Source: Candidatus Limnocylindrales bacterium (lineage in GTDB: Bacteria; Chloroflexota; Limnocylindria; Limnocylindrales; CSP1-4). Taken from it: 34,154 nt of DNA. The notes below the pieces were generated by a model, which was not told the DNA's origin, made no database searches, and saw only the letters and a program-made list of their open reading frames with translations. Made by a program: the position numbers and the translations under genes. Positions 31,589 through 34,154 of this stretch are shown here, piece by piece. Location of the stretch: positions 1-34,154 of the forward strand of contig DATDJA010000089.1 in assembly GCA_036520795.1 (NCBI GenBank), in the 5' to 3' direction. Positions within the stretch are counted from its first letter, which is position 1. Every line of letters starts with the position of its first letter.

Positions 31589-32977
31589 GTGGACGAAGCC
31601 ATTCCCCGCAGCTGCGACATCGCGGTCCTGGTGCCGCGCCGCGGGGCGGACGCGATCCTCGCGCGCCTCGATGACGACGCGACCAGCGACGCGCCATGGA
31701 GGCTGCCGTCGGTCAATCTCGTGATGGACGACGACCAGCCGATGAGCCACGTGTTCGAGGCCGCCGCAGCCGCTGTCGGCCTGCCGCTGATCCCGCTCCG
31801 GCTCGTGGTGAGCGAGCTCGACGCCGAACGAGCGCCGACGCTGATGGTCCTGGAGGCCGAGCCGCTCGAGGCGCCGCCGCCGGCTGGCTTCCGCTGGGTG
31901 GAAATGGGCGCCGTCCGCGGCCGCGTCGGCCCGTCCGGCGTCGGCGGGACCCTGGACTGGTGGCTCGAGCGCGGTCGCGACGGTCCGGACGTCCAGGGAC
32001 CATGGCGCCGCCCCGCCTGGACCCGGCCCGGCTGGCACGATCGCGCGTCATCGTGGATGGTCGACCGGATGGCCGAGGCCGGCCGGCCGGCGGAGGGGCC
32101 ACCTACGACGATCCACGCGTGGCCACTCGCGGTCGTGCTCCGCGCCCCCGCGGCCGGTGGCCCGTGCTTCCTCAAGTGCGCCGCGCCGGTGTTCGCGCAC
32201 GAGGCGTCGATCACCAGCACCCTCGCCGAGCGCACGCCGGACCTCGTGCCAGAGGTCATCGCCATCGATCCTGAGGAGAACTGGCTCCTGATGGGCGACC
32301 TCGGCGCCGACATCGTCGGTCTCGGGCCGGCCGACGGGTGGGGTGACGGGCTTGCGTCCCTCGCGGCGCTGCAGCTGGCCTGGTCCGGCGAACCGGACGC
32401 CCTGATCCGTGCCGGGCTGCCGCGGCGTCCACTGACTCGTCTCGCCGCGGACATCCCCGGCTTCCTCGGCCAGAACGAGCTCGGCGATCGCCTCCGGCCG
32501 GCGGTCCGCGACGAGTGGGACGCCGCCGTGCCGCGCCTCGTCGAGGCCTGTGAGCGCCTCGGGGCGCTGGGCGTGCCGGACACGGTGGTGCACGGGGACT
32601 GCCATCCCTGGAACGTCGCCCGGACGGGGCGCGGGCCGGTCGTCTTCGATTGGTCGGACGCCTCCATCGGGCCGCCGTTCCTGGACCTGCCGGCGACGCT
32701 CGCGCGCACGCCGGACGTGGCGATCCGGCGCGCCCTCGCCGACCGGTACCTCGCCGCGTGGCCCGAGGTGGCCGAGGCCGATCGGCCGCGGGTCGCCGAC
32801 CTGGCGATGGTCGTCGGCTCCCTGTACCAGGTCCAGAGCTACCTCGGCTTCCTCGGGACGATCGACCCGATCGAGTCGTTGGACCTCGCCGGGGCGGACG
32901 TATCGTGGCTGGGCCGGTCCCTCGAGTCCCTCGAGCACGGCATCGCGGCCGGACGCCGGACGGATCTGCTCGCCTGA
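31589..32977 (+). CDS. Aminoglycoside phosphotransferase (APH)/kinase-like family protein
   Basis: 462 aa. The catalytic loop is VVHGDCHPWNV (HGDxxxxN), followed by VVFDWSDASIGPPFLDL. The substrate is unknown. Confidence 0.8.
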   Translation: MDEAIPRSCDIAVLVPRRGADAILARLDDDATSDAPWRLPSVNLVMDDDQPMSHVFEAAAAAVGLPLIPLRLVVSELDAERAPTLMVLEAEPLEAPPPAGFRWVEMGAVRGRVGPSGVGGTLDWWLERGRDGPDVQGPWRRPAWTRPGWHDRASSWMVDRMAEAGRPAEGPPTTIHAWPLAVVLRAPAAGGPCFLKCAAPVFAHEASITSTLAERTPDLVPEVIAIDPEENWLLMGDLGADIVGLGPADGWGDGLASLAALQLAWSGEPDALIRAGLPRRPLTRLAADIPGFLGQNELGDRLRPAVRDEWDAAVPRLVEACERLGALGVPDTVVHGDCHPWNVARTGRGPVVFDWSDASIGPPFLDLPATLARTPDVAIRRALADRYLAAWPEVAEADRPRVADLAMVVGSLYQVQSYLGFLGTIDPIESLDLAGADVSWLGRSLESLEHGIAAGRRTDLLA

Positions 32978-33001
32978 CGCCCGTCCTGCCGGACTCGACG
33001 G

Positions 33002-34117
33002 TCAGTCGAACGTCACCACCTGGCGCGCGGCCTCGCCGGCGCGGAGACGGTCGAACGCGTCCTCGAGCTCGCTGAGCGGCAGGCGCCGGTCGATGAGACG
33101 ATCGATGGGCAGCCGGCCCGCGAGGTACCACTCCGCGTAGCGCGGGAAGTCGATCGCGGCGACCGCCGACCCGTAGTTGGAGCCGATGATCCGCCGGCCG
33201 CCGTCGACGAACGGGAACGCCTCGAAGCTCGCCGTCTGCCCGAACGCGGTCAGCCCCACGAGGACCGCCGTCCCGCCCGGTGGCAGCGCGGCCACCGCCT
33301 GCTCGATCGTCGCGGGCAGGCCGATCGCCTCGAACACGTAGTCCGGCCCGCCCTCGCCCGCGGCGACCCGGATGCCCTCGATCGTCGCGTCCGGACTCTT
33401 CGGGTCCGCGTGGACCCAGTGCGTGGCCCCGAGCTCCCCCGCGAGGTCGATCTTCGCGCGGTTCACGTCCACCGCGATGATCCGCCGCGCGCCGGCGAGC
33501 ACCGCGCCCATCACACACGACAGCCCGACCCCGCCGAGGCCGATCACCGCGACCGTCGAACCGGCGGGCACCTCGGCCGTCTTGATCACGGCCCCGACGC
33601 CGGTCGAGACCCCGCAGCCGATCAGCGCCGCGACCTCGGGCGGCACGCCGTCGGGCATCGGGACGACCGCCGTCGCCGGCACGACCTGCGCCGTGGCCAT
33701 CGTGCCGATCGAGAGGTAGGCGAGGACAGGCGAGCCATCCGCCCGGGTCAGGCGCGACGTGCCGTCGGCCTGCGTGTGGTGCAGCGACGGCGAGCCGGAG
33801 CACAGCCACTGGCGGCCCCGCTGGCACTCGCGGCAGCGCAGGCAAGGCGCGTACCACGACAGCGCGACGGCCAGACCCACCGCGGACGGGTCGAGCCCGG
33901 CGCCCACGGCCTCGATGACACCGGCACCCTCATGGCCGAGCACGATCGGGCCGGGACGATCCCAGTCGCCGTCGCGCACGTGCAGATCGGAGTGACACAC
34001 GCCCGACGCGGTCATCCGCACGAGGACCTCGCCGGGTCGCGGGTCGTCGAGGCGCAGCGTCTCGACGGTGGTCGCCTCGCCGGCGCGCTCGATGACGGCC
34101 GCCTGGATCTCGCGCAT
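33002..34117 (-). CDS. Zinc-dependent alcohol dehydrogenase (MDR superfamily)
   Basis: MREIQAAVIERAGE...GVCHSDLHVRDGDWDRPGPIVLGHEGAGVIEAVG. The structural zinc site is CLRCRECQRGRQWLC. The Rossmann motif is VIGLGGVGLS. The ATG at 34117 is preferred over the track start at 34150. Confidence 0.92.
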   Translation of the reverse strand: MREIQAAVIERAGEATTVETLRLDDPRPGEVLVRMTASGVCHSDLHVRDGDWDRPGPIVLGHEGAGVIEAVGAGLDPSAVGLAVALSWYAPCLRCRECQRGRQWLCSGSPSLHHTQADGTSRLTRADGSPVLAYLSIGTMATAQVVPATAVVPMPDGVPPEVAALIGCGVSTGVGAVIKTAEVPAGSTVAVIGLGGVGLSCVMGAVLAGARRIIAVDVNRAKIDLAGELGATHWVHADPKSPDATIEGIRVAAGEGGPDYVFEAIGLPATIEQAVAALPPGGTAVLVGLTAFGQTASFEAFPFVDGGRRIIGSNYGSAVAAIDFPRYAEWYLAGRLPIDRLIDRRLPLSELEDAFDRLRAGEAARQVVTFD

Positions 34118-34154
34118 GCCCCTACGATGCCCGATCGCGGGCGGCTCCACCCGG

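Noticed and set aside
32978-33001. Possible terminator hairpin CCGTC-N11-GACGG between the convergent APH-like and ADH genes.
   Set aside because: The stem is only 5 bp with an 11-nt loop and no U-tract, so it is not convincing as an intrinsic terminator.
1-34154. Scan for tRNA/rRNA genes, CRISPR repeats, transposase or integrase genes and long terminal repeats that might bound the CIS/cargo region as a mobile island.
   Set aside because: None were recognised. The right-hand boundary of the accessory region appears only as a change in gene type at about 28.5 kb, and the left boundary is outside the window.

Overview
High-GC, Actinomycetota-like, densely coding window with four parts. (1) 1-13335: a phage-tail-like contractile injection system (CIS/eCIS). 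One minus-strand operon runs sheath, tube, chaperone-like pair, Pro/Ala-rich tape-measure candidate, second tube, LysM tube-initiator, VgrG-like spike, gp25, baseplate J, tail protein I (cut at the window edge). A DUF4255 cap gene and an AAA+ ATPase are transcribed divergently. (2) 13357-19788: a cargo island with mirror-image symmetry. It holds two paralogous HExxHxxGxxD metzincin-like proteases, one fused to annexin repeats and one to peptidoglycan-binding domains. Each is start/stop-coupled to a paralogous ~230-aa partner, possibly an inhibitor or immunity protein. A DUF4157 protein lies between them, and all three cargo candidates share an N-terminal LQ[RA][TS]AGN motif. (3) 19799-28490: a LuxR-type regulator with a degenerate receiver domain, divergent from a tightly packed five-gene operon of membrane-anchored or secreted proteins with no assigned function. 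This operon is the best candidate for an undescribed envelope module linked to the CIS. (4) 28509-34154: ordinary genes, namely type II NADH dehydrogenase, a MocR-type regulator with a candidate operator and an unlisted small membrane ORF, an APH-family kinase and a Zn alcohol dehydrogenase. I saw no tRNA, rRNA, CRISPR array or transposase. Two coding regions are absent from the ORF track: the truncated tail-protein-I gene at 1..503 and a 52-codon ORF at 7729..7887. A further 48-codon ORF at 31353..31499 is present only as the tail of a longer listed ORF. All family names come from motif recognition by eye; no searches were run.
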